The notes: generated by a model from the sequence alone, not told the origin. A stretch of DNA of 64,000 bases from an uncultured Acidobacteriota bacterium (GCA_963798585.1 CAWCTJ010000010.1:138198-202197); one strand, 5' to 3'; shown: positions 11,354 to 23,585, numbered from the stretch's first letter. Translations and numbers: made by a program.

Positions 11354-11995
11354 TTAGAGGCGGGCGGCCACGCGCGCGGCGACCTGGTTCTCTGGAGTGC
11401 GGATGATCAATACCAGACTATCGGTCAGAGGCACACCCGCGCTGGGCACCAGTAACTGGTAAAACCATACAAACCTCTCGGGCAAGTCCTGGGCTTGGGG
11501 ATTAAACGGAAGAATTGGCCGCACGGAAAAACCCACCGGCGTGAAGTTGGTCAACGGCCGCAATTCCAGGCCGCGCTTCCAAGACAGTGATAAATGCAAT
11601 TCGCTGACGATGGCTCGCGTCAGATACATTCGCGACCCGGTCTGCTGCAGCTTCGAGGAGCAGGGCATGTCGAAAATCGTGAATGACAGCAGAATGTTCT
11701 CGGGAAATTGCGTCACCGTTTCTTTGCCGCGCAGGAAAACGGTATCCACGCCTTTGTCGTCGACGCGTTTCAAGTCGTCAAAGAAACGGCCGGAGGTGAC
11801 GTGGCCAGCCACGCGGAAACAAGTACCGTTGGGCAGCGAACCATCGGTCTCCAGAAAAACACCGCCGTCATAATTCCAGATGGTTTTGTCGTGGGCGGCA
11901 GTGCCGGGAGCCGCGAATGCCACGGCGAGGGCGACGAACGCCATCAGCGCGACGCGACAGGCAGTGAAGTGGTGAAGATCCATGGCGGACCACAA
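11354..11995 (-). CDS. Exported hypothetical protein
   Basis: 213-aa ORF with a hydrophobic signal peptide. No family recognised. Confidence 0.7.
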   Translation of the reverse strand: MWSAMDLHHFTACRVALMAFVALAVAFAAPGTAAHDKTIWNYDGGVFLETDGSLPNGTCFRVAGHVTSGRFFDDLKRVDDKGVDTVFLRGKETVTQFPENILLSFTIFDMPCSSKLQQTGSRMYLTRAIVSELHLSLSWKRGLELRPLTNFTPVGFSVRPILPFNPQAQDLPERFVWFYQLLVPSAGVPLTDSLVLIIRTPENQVAARVAARL

Positions 11996-12079
11996 TCCAG
12001 GGGACTTCAGGCAGCGAGTTTACACCGTGATTGGACGTTCGTCCAAGGCCAGCGAGTGCCCAAACAAGCGCGCATGGCC

Positions 12080-12335
12080 AGGGGGCCCCCCTCCCCCTTT
12101 TTTGTAAGTGTTCATTCTAATGGGATTAAAGTCCTTTATTTTGATACGGTTTCGCAAGTGTTCATTCTGGACGGTTTACGGGCGCTTTGAGTTATATAAA
12201 TAGTAACGAGCGCGCGTTAGGAAAAGGCCTCATTTTCTGGAGTTGGGTGATGCTTGGGCGGGCGCACTTCTGTACATGCAAAGAATAGCAAAGTGATGAG
12301 TACATTGTCAAGTACTGATTTGGGATAGTACTGTC
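12080..12335 (-). repeat. Promoter/repeat/G-run element, copy 1
   Basis: On the minus strand: TTGACA(12311-12306)-18-TATTCT with TGn, two ...AGAATGAACACTT repeats (12154-12178, 12104-12129), then AAAAAAGGGGGAGGGGGG. Positions 12098-12138 match 53225-53265 at 37/41 nt. Confidence 0.8.
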
Positions 12336-12352
12336 ACGGCCGGCGATAAGGC

Positions 12353-13761
12353 CTATGGGTGGGTCATTTCCTCGGGGCGGACCTGGGCGTCGAATTCTTC
12401 GGCGGTGAGGAAGCCGAGCTTTACGGCGGCTTCGCGGAGGCTGGTGTGTTCGTGGTGGGCGGTGTGGGCTACTTTGGCGGCGTTGTCATAGCCGATTTTG
12501 GGGGCCAGCGCGGTGACCAGCATCAGCGAGATTTGCACGTAGTGCTCGATTTGCTCGCGGTTGACGCCGATACCCTCCACGCAGTGATGCACGAAGCTGT
12601 TCATGGCATCCGTGAGCAGTTCCACGGAGTGGAGATAGTTGAAGATCATCACCGGCTTGTAGACGTTTAGCTCGAAATTGCCTTGAGAGCCGGCGATGCC
12701 GATGGCGGCGTCGTTGCCCATGACTTGTACCGCGACCATGGTCAACGCTTCGCACTGCGTGGGATTTACTTTGCCGGGCATGATGCTGGAGCCTGGCTCG
12801 TTTTCGGGCAACGTTAGTTCGCCGAGCCCGCAGCGCGGGCCGGAGGCCAGCCAGCGAACGTCGTTGGCGATTTTCATCAGCGAGGCCGCCAGCGTTTTCA
12901 GCGCGCCGCTGGCGAAGACGATTTCGTCGTGCGCGGAGAGCGCGGCGAACTTGTTGGGATGCGAGCGGAAGGGCAGACCGCTGAGTTCGGCGATTTTGCG
13001 CGCGGCGCGCTCGGCAAATTCCGGGATGCGCGTTTAGCCCGGTGCCCACTGCGGTGCCGCCGATGGCCAGTTCGTACAAGACCATCCAGCGCCACTGCCA
13101 TGCGCGCGCCATCGCGATCGAGCAGGCTGACCCAGCCGGAAAATTCCTGGCCCACGGTGAGTGGAGTGGCGTCCTGCAAGTGCGTGCGGCCAATTTTTAC
13201 GATGTCGGCGAATTCCTTGCGCTTTACTTCGAGGGCGTCGCGCAGCTTTTTCAGCGCGGGCAGCAAGCGGCGGGCGGTTTCCGTGGCGGCGGCGATGTGC
13301 ATGGCGGCGGGAAAAGTGTCGTTTGAAGACTGCGACATGTTTACATCGTCGTTGGGATGGATGGGTTTCTTGCTGCCCATTTCGCCGCCGGACAATTCGA
13401 TGGCGCGGTTGGAAATTACTTCGTTGACGTTCATGTTGGTTTGCGTGCCGCTGCCGGTTTGCCAGATGCGCAGCGGGAAATGGTCGTGGAGTTTGCCGGA
13501 GATGACTTCGTCGGCGGCGATGGAGATTAATTTGGTTTTTTCGATGTCTAGTTTGCCGAGGTCGTGGTTTACCAGCGCGGCGGCTTTTTTCAGGATGCCG
13601 AAGGCGCGGATCAGCTCCGGAGGCATGGTGTCTTTGCCGATGGCGAAGTGAATCAGCGAACGCGCCGTTTGCGCGCCGTAGTAACGGTCGGTGGGAACTT
13701 CCATTTTTCCCATGCTGTCGGATTCGGTGCGAGTGGGGAGTTGCTGGGCGATGTCGGTCAT
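12353..13761 (-). CDS. fumC: Class II fumarate hydratase (frameshifted)
   Basis: [32 protein letters not shown], signature [15 protein letters not shown]. Confidence 0.97.
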
Positions 13762-13969
13762 GAGCTGCTCCTGCGTGATTTGTGCAGTATAAGTTTAGCA
13801 GTAACAGCCTAGAAGAGATGTCGCGAAGCGGCAGGCGGGAGTACCGATCAACTTCATGTGTTGGCGTCGTTTGCAACACTGCGGTCGAACCGTCTGGCTT
13901 CTGCGCCGTGTTGTCGTTACCGTGGTTCTTGAGGGGAACCGACTACACCGAGTCGGTGTCTATTTAAGC

Positions 13970-15202
13970 GTGAAGATCTCATTTGCTCTAAGGCTGGCAG
14001 CGGTTGCATGTGTCGCTGTGATCGGAAATGCACCCACACTTGCTTGCCGATGCGGAAGCGCGTATCCCGGAATCAGCCGTTGGGAAAAAGCGAAACTGGA
14101 GGGCGACAACGCTAAAGTCATTTTTGAGGGCGTGCCTGAGCGCTTCGACCTGCAATGGAAAGCCCTAAATGGCAAGGTGGGAGAGCAAGTTTCAGCAGTG
14201 AACGATTTTGGCCACGGGTTCGATGATGGACCGGCAATGGTGGTTACCTTTCGATTGCAGAAGGCCTACAAAGGAGACGTTGGCCCCGAAATCCAAATTA
14301 AGACCGGACTTGGTGGAGGAGATTGTGGAGCGATTTATTCTACTGGACTGACCTATCTGGTGTTTGCTGGAGAGCTGAAGTCTGGGGAATTGGAAGTTAG
14401 TATGTGCAGCCCTGGGGGATGGGTGGGCGGCAGCGATGTCGGGACCGAATTACGTTATTTGAGGAAGCAACGTCCCACCCCAAGCGATTCGGTGAAGATC
14501 TGGCCTTGGGGCGCGAAGGGACACGCAGGCCAGGAAGAACTTAGAGAACAGGAGTGGAAGGGTGACCAAGAGCGATATTCGGCGGCTACCGGGAAGATCT
14601 GCGGAAAGGTTTTGGCCGAAGAGAAAAACAATGAGAATAGCGGCATGATCTCGTTTCTTTCGTCGGCAGGATATTCTCCACTTGAGCCCACCTACGTGAG
14701 TGTTAATCTCGACGGATCGTTTTGCTCCCGCCAACTGGGGCCGGGCAAGTACTATTTGCATTTTACGAGAGGCGCGAAGGGGACGCTGACGTCGGCAGTT
14801 TATTACCCAGGCGTGGGCGAGCGGGCCGAGGCAACGACAATCGATGTAGTAGCTGGAGAGACTACGTCCGGCGTCATATTCAAAGTTCCTGAACAGAAAA
14901 TGTATGCGGTGCGCGGGATCATCTCCACCAATGACAAGGCTGGGCTCGATGCTCGGAATGTTTCTGTTGCCCTGGTTCGCTTGGACGGCACGCTATATCA
15001 GGGCACGTACAGTCAATCGATAGATTTCCAAAGCGCGTTTCCTCTTCCGAGGGTCAAGTATTTTAGCTTCGACAACGTGCTCCCGGGTCGATATCTCGCG
15101 TATATTTCTGTGGTTGGCCGGGGGTGGTATACACACAGGGAAGAAGTGACGGTCACGGACCATATGAAGTTCATCTCGTTGGAACTCTTGCACAAAAACT
15201 AA
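13970..15202 (+). CDS. Exported protein with an N-terminal TIMP/netrin-like module and C-terminal carboxypeptidase-regulatory-like beta-sandwich domains
   Basis: Signal peptide, then ACRC, VTFRLQKAYKG, GGGDCG, YLVFA and MCS. Later GKICGKV, LGPGKYYL, YYPG and VLPGRY. The start is probably the GTG at 13970. Confidence 0.7.
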   Translation: MKISFALRLAAVACVAVIGNAPTLACRCGSAYPGISRWEKAKLEGDNAKVIFEGVPERFDLQWKALNGKVGEQVSAVNDFGHGFDDGPAMVVTFRLQKAYKGDVGPEIQIKTGLGGGDCGAIYSTGLTYLVFAGELKSGELEVSMCSPGGWVGGSDVGTELRYLRKQRPTPSDSVKIWPWGAKGHAGQEELREQEWKGDQERYSAATGKICGKVLAEEKNNENSGMISFLSSAGYSPLEPTYVSVNLDGSFCSRQLGPGKYYLHFTRGAKGTLTSAVYYPGVGERAEATTIDVVAGETTSGVIFKVPEQKMYAVRGIISTNDKAGLDARNVSVALVRLDGTLYQGTYSQSIDFQSAFPLPRVKYFSFDNVLPGRYLAYISVVGRGWYTHREEVTVTDHMKFISLELLHKN

Positions 15203-15236
15203 TGCGCCAATCAGGGATTGGCGGCCCCAGGGAAAA

Positions 15237-15316
15237 GCACAGCCATGATTGGCTGTGCCACTAAAGGCGAAAGGTCCACAGGCAAGAGTGCACCCTGCGG
15301 GTGTAAACCTGCTACC
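15237..15316 (-). repeat. REP-like palindromes (GTGG/GTAG-footed, minus orientation)
   Basis: GCACAGCCATGATTGGCTGTGC-CAC at 15237-15261, followed by a related degenerate unit ending CTGCTAC. Confidence 0.6.
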
Positions 15317-15407
15317 AAAGGCAACAGGGCCGCGCGTTCGGTCGGTGGGCATTGTGTATACTTAGAGATACCGACGCGACAGTATTTCAGGGGAGTTCGT
15401 GGGAACT

Positions 15408-16558
15408 ATGCCGGCATCGGCGCCGAAAACTGGAGCAACTGCAAAGGTACGCCTGCAACGCGCGCTGCGCTTTGTGCGCACCCGCACGCGCGAATTGCTG
15501 ATGATTGGCAAGGCGCTGGTTTCCACCAAGCATCCCGTCCTGGTGCACATCATTCCGATGCGGCGTTGCAATTTGGCTTGCGGGTATTGCAATGAGTATG
15601 ACGACGTGTCCAAGCCGGTGCCGATGGAGGAAATGAAGCGGCGGCTGGATTTGCTCGCGGACATGGGCACTTCGGTCATCACCATCAGCGGTGGTGAGCC
15701 GCTGATGCATCCCGAGCTGGAAGAAGTGATCCGGCACATTCGTTCGCGCGGGATGATTGCCGGGATGATTACCAATGGTTTTCTGCTGAGCGTGGCGCGG
15801 ATTCAGTCGCTGAACGCCGCCGGGCCTGGAACATCTGCAGATCAGCATCGATAACGTCACGCCCGACGAGATGTCTTTAAAAAGCCTGAAGACTCTGGAT
15901 AGCCGCCTGGAGATGCTGTCGAAGCATGCGATTTTTCAAGTCAACATCAATTCCGTTCTTGGGCAGCGGGGTGAAAAATCCGCAAGACGCGCTGACCATT
16001 GCGCATCGCGCCGTGGGATTGGGATTTACCAGTACGGTGGGCATCATTCATGACCACAACGGTCAGCTGAAGCCTCTGGGCGATGTGGAGACGGGAATTT
16101 TTGAGGAAGTGATGGAGCTCGGGAAGCGCTCGTATTCGCGCTTCAACGATTTTCAACACAATGTGGCGCGCGGCAAAGAGCATGAATGGCGCTGCCGCTC
16201 GGGTTCGCGGTATTTGTATATGTGCGAGGACGGATTGGTGCACTGGTGCTCGCAGCAGCGCGGCTATCCCGGGATTCCGCTGGCGCAGTACACGCCGGAA
16301 ATGCGGCATCGCGAATATGCCACGAAGAAATTTTGCGCGCCGCGGTGCACGGTTTCGTGCGTGCAACAGGTGGCGATGCTGGATAACTGGCGCGATCCGC
16401 AAACGCTGAAGCCCAATTGTCAGGCGCCTCAAGCCGCTCGCGCGCGCGCGGCCCCGCAGCTGGTGCAAATCGGCAGCACACCAAGCCGATTCCTAGGTGA
16501 ACCAATCTTTCAGCAAAAGGTTCCTTCTTCTGTATTTTCTCTCCGCGCACACGCGTAG
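15408..16558 (+). CDS. Radical SAM protein with a C-terminal SPASM/twitch-like Cys cluster (frameshifted)
   Basis: [23 protein letters not shown], and C-terminal CRSG...WC...CAPRCTVSC. Confidence 0.9.
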
Positions 16559-16604
16559 AGCTGCGCTATTGCGGTTCGCATGCCCGCTTAACAACAATGT
16601 CACC

Positions 16605-17560
16605 ATGCCCGGTCCGGCCATTGAAATCGACAATCTATCGAAGGAATACCCCTACGGTTTTCTCAATCTAAAAAAGAAAACCTCGCTGGAGGGGTTGACC
16701 ATGCACGTGGAAACCGGCGAAGTGTTCGGCTTTCTTGGGCCGAACGGCGCGGGGAAGTCCACCACGATAAAACTTTTGATGGATTGATTTTTCCCACTAG
16801 TGGCCACGCGCGACTGCTCGGCAAGCCCACCACCGACGTCGAAATGCACCGCGACATCGGCTATTTGCCGGAGCAACCGTATTTCTACGACTACCTGACC
16901 GCCGCGGAAGTGCTGGACTATTTCGCAAAATTTTACGATTTGACGCCGGGCGATCGCAAAGATCGCGTCCAGCGCATGCTCAAGAAGGTTGGCCTGGAGA
17001 CCGCCGGAAAAATTCAGCTGCGCAAATATTCCAAAGGCATGCTGCAACGCGTCGGGCCTGGCGCAGGCGATTCTGCACGATCCGCAACTGGTGATTCTGG
17101 ATGAGCCCATGTCCGGACTGGACCCCGTGGGGCGCCGCGAAGTCCGCGACATCATTCTCGAACTCAAAAACGCCGGGAAAACCATCCTCTTTTCCACGCA
17201 CATTTTGTCGGACGCGGAAATGCTTTGCGATCGCGTGGGCGTCATCGTCGGGCGGCAAGCTGCAAGGCATAGGCGCACCCGGAGAAATCGTGGGCATAAA
17301 GGCGCACGAGATGGAGATTCTATTTGCGCTTCCCGGGCCAAACAGCTCACCGTTGCTCGCCAAAGCCACGCGCACCGGCGATCGTTATCGTCTGCAAGTC
17401 CCCGAAGCAGGATTTGTACGCGGCCTTGGACCAGTTGCGCAACGCCGGCGCGAAAATTTTATTTGTCGCGCAAGTAAAACCCTCTCTAGAGGAATATTTC
17501 ATGCACCTGGTGGCCGCCGACCGCGCCCAGGCTGCCGCCGTCGAGGTAACCGGCAAGTGA
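16605..17560 (+). CDS. ABC exporter ATP-binding protein (PilH/XapD-like; frameshifted)
   Basis: [37 protein letters not shown]. Confidence 0.9.
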
Positions 17561-18337
17561 CAACGCACATCGGCGCAGTAGGTCTGAACACTTTTCGCGA
17601 AGCAGTACGCGATCGCGTGCTCTACAACCTGGTATTTTTCGCATTGTTAATGATGGGTGCTGCCGTCCTTGTAGGGCAGATTTCGATCGGCATCGAAGAA
17701 GTCGTTATCGTTAGCCTGGGCCTCAGCGCCATTTCGTTCATCGGATTGCTGATGGCGGTGTTCATCGGCGTCGGCCTGGTTTCGAAGGAAATGGACAAGC
17801 GCACGATTTATGCACTGCTCTCCAAGCCGGTGCGTCGCTGGGAATTTCTGCTGGGCAAATTTGTCGGGCTGGTCTTTACGCTGGCGGTAAACACGGTGGC
17901 GATGGCCGCTGGTTTGTTTGTAGCGTTGTTGTACGTGAAACACACGCTGGTGCGTTCGGACGCGGTGGTGCTCGTCGCGATCTATTTTATCTTGCTTAAG
18001 CTGGCCATCGTGGTGGCGCTGGCGCTGCTGTTTTCCTGCTCCACCACTTCGTTGCTCTCGATTCTTTATTGCGCGGGATTTTACGTCGCCGGTTCATTCG
18101 TGCAGCAGATGCGCACGCTGCGCAGCGACCTCGCTGGGCCGGTCACGGCTGCCATCATGCGGTGGCTCTCGTACCTCCTACCGAATTTTGAAAATTTCAA
18201 CGTCACCGGGCTGGCCGCGCACGGTGCGAAAATTCCCACCGCGTCTGATCGCGCAAAACACTCTCTACGCTGTGCTTTATTGCGCCGTGGTGCTTGCCGG
18301 CGCCGCGGCGATTTTTTCGCGCAGGAATTTCAAATGA
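17557..18337 (+). CDS. ABC-2 type permease (PilI-like; frameshift near the 3' end)
   Basis: NTFREAVRDRVLYNL, SKEMDKRTIYALLSKPVRRWEFLLGKF, multiple TM segments. Confidence 0.88.
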
Positions 18338-19251
18338 GTTCGCGCGGCGCTAGCGTAGGCGCCTCAATCGCGCTGCTACTTGCCTTGGTCCTGGGCTTTG
18401 CCGCCATCTGGCGTCTGCAGATTGCCATCGACGAGCAGCGCGCGGCCATCCTCGAAGAGCGCAACGACCTGCTAATCACCTCTCCGAAACTCTTAAAAAT
18501 GGCCAGTATCGAATACGCTCCGCTGCTGGCCGATGTTTATTGGACCCGCGCGGTGCAATATTACGGAGAAAAACACGCCGGCAATGATCCGAAGTACATG
18601 CTCGCTGTGGCCTTTGTTAAACATTGCCACCACGCTCGATCCCAACCTGCTGCCCGCATATCGTTTCGGTGCGATGTTTCTCAGCGATGCTCCGCCGCGC
18701 GGCGCTGGTCGGCCGGATTTGGCCGTGGAGCTGATCGAGCGCGGAATTCACGCCAATCCGGACTACTGGCGCTTCTACGAAGATCTGGGATTTATTTATT
18801 ATTTTGACGTGAAGGATTACGCCAAGGCTTCCCAGGCCTTTCTTGACGGCAGCAAACACCCGGACGCCAAAATGTGGATGAAAGTGATGGCCGCCAAAAT
18901 CGCCGCGGAAGGCGAGTATTTCGAAACGTCCGCATTCTTGTGGCGAGACATATATCAGTCGGCCACCGACCCGCAAACCAAACAGGGCGCCCTCGATCGC
19001 TTGCAACTGCTCGGGCCCACCAGGACTGCAAACAACTCGATCAGCTGGGCGACGAGTATGAAAAGCGCTTCGGACAGCGTGCGACGCGTATCAGCCAATT
19101 GATGCAGGCAGGGTTGTTGCCCGGCGCGCCAGCCGATCCTCGGGGGTTTCCTTACGAATTGGGCGACGACGGAAAGGCGCATTTGAACCCCAAAAGTCCG
19201 CTGCTGGAAAAGCAGAAACGCTTCGATCTGGTTCAACCGCTGATTAAATAA
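18334..19251 (+). CDS. Membrane-anchored TPR-like protein (PilG/XapA-like; frameshifted)
   Basis: N-terminal TM helix, ADVYWTRAVQYYG, ATTLDP, LGFIYYF, DPRGFPY. Coupled to the permease by an ATGA overlap. Confidence 0.75.
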
Positions 19252-19320
19252 TTGTGTAGCGCCGACGCTTTGTGGCTTGCCGCGGATTTCGCGCGTCTCA
19301 TGCACAACGCTGTGCCGCCG

Positions 19321-21862
19321 CTACTCGCTGACGCACAGCAGGGTCATCTCCGGATCGACAAGAATTTGTCGCGGCATGGCCGGCGTAGTGAAATGAAACG
19401 CAGTCTTCGCGCCCTCCGCCGTCACCGTTCCCAAAAAACACGATGGCCCGCCGCAGCTGGTCGGCGTAGAGCGGCACGGGCGCGACGAACGATCGCGGCA
19501 CGCCCTCTGCGCGAGCGTGCCTCTCACCACGAAAGCCCTCGTCCGTGGCTTTGCGCGGTGAATTCCACGTGATAGTGCGGAATTCCCGTACCGCGAACCC
19601 ATTCGTCAAAAAACCACTCCATCGAACGCCCGCCCTCCAGGTCCATCGCCGGGGTCATCACCGCTTCCACTTCCTTTTGCAGATCCGCGGTGGAGAGCGC
19701 GCGATAAGCGTATTTCGTGGCCAGCGTTTGCAACAGCTGAGTAAATCGCGCATCCGGGTCCTTCGCTTCGGGCTGGCGCAGCATTTCCCGGATCATATGC
19801 AATGATCCAACTGCCCTTGCTGTAGACCATCACGTCGTAGTCGCGCGGAGCTTTGGAAGAGTTCAGCCGCTATCCCAGCGTCAGTGCCCCACTATCGGCG
19901 GCATCCTCGCCACCGTTACCGGTTTTTTCAGCAGGGATTTGCGAAAGCGCTCCAGCCACAAGCGCAGCGCGTGCTCCTGGCCTCTGCGATCGTCCGCGAA
20001 CATCAGCGCCAGATAGCTGGCGATCGCTTCGTCGATCCATTGGTCCCGATAACTCGACCAACCCACCACGTTGCCCCACCACTGATGCGCCACTTCGTGA
20101 AAGGGCACCAGCTCCGTGAAATGCTCCTGACCGCTGGCGGAAAGTCCGGCTTCCCTTTGCGCTTCTGGCGAAAGATATGAGTAGGTGGAAAGATACAGCA
20201 GGCCGGGCCAGCCCTGTCCGAAGTTCCCGGGAATCTGCGAAACGCTCAGCGCGCGAAACGGAAATGGCCCGCTGAACTTTTCATAAAACTGAATACAAGC
20301 TTCGATCTCTTTGCCAAGTTGCCGCAATGCGGCCGCGGGACTGGGCGGCGCTGGGGTTTCGCCGAAATGGTCGGTCTGCCCTCCGCCGCGTTCCACGTCG
20401 CCAGCTTGCCCAACCGCATGCCATTAAGCGGTTCTGGTGCCAGGGACAAATTGCGGCGCAAGGATTCTTCCAGTTGTCGGTTGGCGAACATATTCACGGA
20501 GAAGTTCGGGCCTGCTACCGAGGCTGAAGCGTAGTCTCCGAGGTTAAAACCCGCCACCGGCACGGGATTTTCGGTGCGCCAGCGTCCCACGCGGTATTCG
20601 CCATCCACGCGCTCGTCGATCTTCGTACCGGTAGCGACCAACTGCATTTTTCTTGGCCACCGCATGGTCAGGTCGTAGCGCGCGAAATCTGACTCGTCGC
20701 CCAGATGCGGATACCAGCTGTCTCGCGCTCCGACTATCAGCACGCCATTGCCTGCATCCTCGATTACGTTTCCGCGATAATGAAAATACAAACGGACGTG
20801 TTGCCCCGCGGAAGCGACTTGAGGCAACACCACGAATACCGTATCCGTTCCGCGCTCGCCGACGTCGTGCGCAGGCAAGCCCTCGTTCTGAAAAAATGCC
20901 ACGGGTGCGCCTTGTTCCGAATTTGCCGAAGATGATGTCGACACTGAAGAGGTCGCCGAGAGTTCGTTTACATGGTCGACGTTCAACGCGCGCGCCAATT
21001 CGAAGCCTAGCAAACGCTCGCCGCCCGCGGTGGCTTGAACCTCCACGGTTGCCGTGCCTTCGAGCGCGTTGTCTGGTTCAATGGTCGTATCGATCGCATA
21101 GTTCAGCGCATCCCAACTGGCCGCTGCACCGACATCCCCGGGTAGTACGTAGGACACCCATACGTCGTACAGCGGAGCGCTCGTGGCCGGACCGCTGCTT
21201 TGCCGGAACTGTCCGAGCAAAAACGGTTCTCGCCGTTCTAGGTCGTAGAAGACATCGAACGGCCCGGTCACCGCGCCGTCGAGTCCGGCATAAAAATACG
21301 GCTTAGGATTTTGCGTTATCAGCCCATCCATGATCCGCAGGCTCTGGGAATTATTGTATTGGGCGACCGGTGATTCCCAGCGCGCCGCGAACCCGTCATC
21401 GTTCTCCGGCGTCAGCTTATGGTCGTGAAGTTCCTTGAGCAGTTCCTCGGCGGTGCCATCCGTGAACCTCATGTACGCCGAACTAAAATCCTCGTCGAGC
21501 ACCGAAGCATTCAGGAAACGCGCCATTTGCTGCTTTTCCACCGGGTCACGCGGCGCGGCCAGCGCATGCCCACGCCCAGAAAAAACCGCCCCAGTGATGC
21601 GGCCATCCAGCGCGCGAAAGAATCCAAGCTTGCCCTCGTCAAAGGATAGCGTGGCATCGCCGCGCCGCAGACTGATGCGATTTTCCACCTCCACGCGATA
21701 GACGGTCGCCGGGTCCACGCGCAACGCATTCAGCGCGTCGTACAGTTCGTGCGGAGTGCGCTCCCCGGCACCGCCCGGTGTGTTCGCGTCGGCGCACAGA
21801 ATTGTGCCGCACGCGAGGACGCACAAAATCAGCAGCACGCCGCGCGGTATTCGCCTACTCAT
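19321..21862 (-). CDS. Exported M1-family aminopeptidase (several frameshifts)
   Basis: HEVAHQWWG...WIDEAIA (HExxH-18-E), YSKG, signal peptide. Fragments 20246-21955, 19881-20396, 19524-19802 and 19321-19602. Confidence 0.85.
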
Positions 21863-21939
21863 CGCCCGAGTGTAGTCACTTTCGGCAATGCGGAACAGGC
21901 TCATGGGCGGTTGGCCCACCACAGCATTAGAATGGTGAA

Positions 21940-23585
21940 ATGCCTCGTTTGACATCGCTGCCGGGTTTGCTGCTGCATGCTTTGCCGCTGCCAGTTTTGC
22001 GGCTGACTGGTTTGCTGCTGTTTTGTTTAGACGCGGCCCGCGCAGGGATGGTGGCCCTGGTCAGGATCGTGGCGACTGCCCGGGGGCGGCACACCACGGT
22101 CGGGAACGGAGTATTAGCCGGCGTACTAGCCAAGGTCCCAGCCGCTGTGCCCACCGTTTTGCTGGTCGCGGCATTCACACTGTCGTTCGCCGCCGCTCCC
22201 ACATCCGCCGACACTATCGTCCTCAAGAATGGCCGCCGCATCACCGCTTTCAACGTCGTCGAAGCCGGCGACAAGATCAAATACGAAACCTCCGCGGGCG
22301 AACTCAGCCTGCCCAAATCCATCGTTGACCACATTGAAAAGGGCGGCGCCGTTCCCATGCCGGGCGCGCCGGGAGCCGACGCCGCCAATCTCGCTATCAC
22401 GCCTCCCGCCGTCGGGCCTTCCGCGCGGCGGCAGCGAAATCGCGCAGCTCGCCGTTCACGATGGTGCGGTCGACCGCGTGTACATCGCCAAACTCGAAGG
22501 CCAGGCGCGCACCGGCGGCAGCTTCGGCCGAAGTTCCCGCAGCGGTCGCGCATCACGCCGCGGCGATGTTCGAACTAGCCCATGGAGACATGGAACGCGC
22601 GCTCGCCGATGAGCGCACCGCGCTCACCTACGCCCCGCAGGAGCCGGCGCTGCTCATGAACGTCGCGTACTTGCACCTGCGCCGCAGCGAGTACACGCAG
22701 TCTCTCGAGTATCTCGAACGCGCCCGCCGCGTCGCGCCAGAGAATCCAGACATTCCCAAACTCGCCGGCTGGTCCTACTACGGCATGAACAAAATGGATC
22801 AGGCGGTAAATGAATGGAAGCGCTCGCTGGCGCTGCGCCCCGATCCCGAAGTCCAAGCCGCGCTCGATAAAGCGATGCGCGACAAACAGGAAGAAGAAAG
22901 CTACAAAGAAAACGAGAGCGCGCACTTCACTCTGAAATATAGCGGCACGGCCGAACCCGCCTTGGCTCGCGACGTCCTGCGCACCCTCGAAATGCATTTC
23001 GCCGCCATCGAATCCGAACTGAATTTCACGCCGCCGGATTCCATCGGCGTGATTCTCTACACCCAGCAAGCCTTCGCGGACATTACCAAAGCGCCCGGCT
23101 GGGTCGGCGCGCTCAACGACGGCCGCATCCGCGTCCCGGTGCAGGGACTGACTTCCATGACGCCAGAACTTTCGCGCGTCCTGAAACATGAACTCACGCA
23201 CAGCTTCGTCGGGCAAAAAACCCGCGGCCGCGCCCCCACGTGGATTCAGGAAGGCCTGGCGCAATGGATGGAAGGGAAGCGCAGCAGCGACAACGCCGCC
23301 AGCCTGACGCAAATTTACACCGACGGCCACGCTGCCTCGCTAGGCAATCTTGAAGGCGGCTGGATGGGTTTGAGTACCGACCAGGCCGCTTACGCCTACG
23401 CCTGGGCCCTGGCCAACATCGAATACATCGTCGAAACCGATGGCATGAGCGACATCGAGCGCATCCTGGACCGTATCGGCTCCGGCCAGTCCACCGAAGC
23501 CGCCCTCCGCGAAGTTCTGCATAGCGATTATGCCGACGTCTCGCAATCCACCGCCGATTATCTCCGCAAAAATTACGTCCACTAG
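21940..23585 (+). CDS. TPR-containing peptidase MA-like zinc metalloprotein (frameshifted near 22430-22520)
   Basis: ADTIVLKNGRRI N-terminal module, TPR-like helices, HELTHSF...PTWIQEGLAQ. Confidence 0.85.

Noticed and set aside
12086-12097. KOPS (GGGNAGGG) as the meaning of the element's G-run
   Set aside because: Only copy 1 matches. Copies 2 and 3 do not.
17101-18807. 568-aa ORF as a novel multidomain transporter
   Set aside because: It is a chimera of ATPase, permease and TPR-gene frames created by frameshifts.
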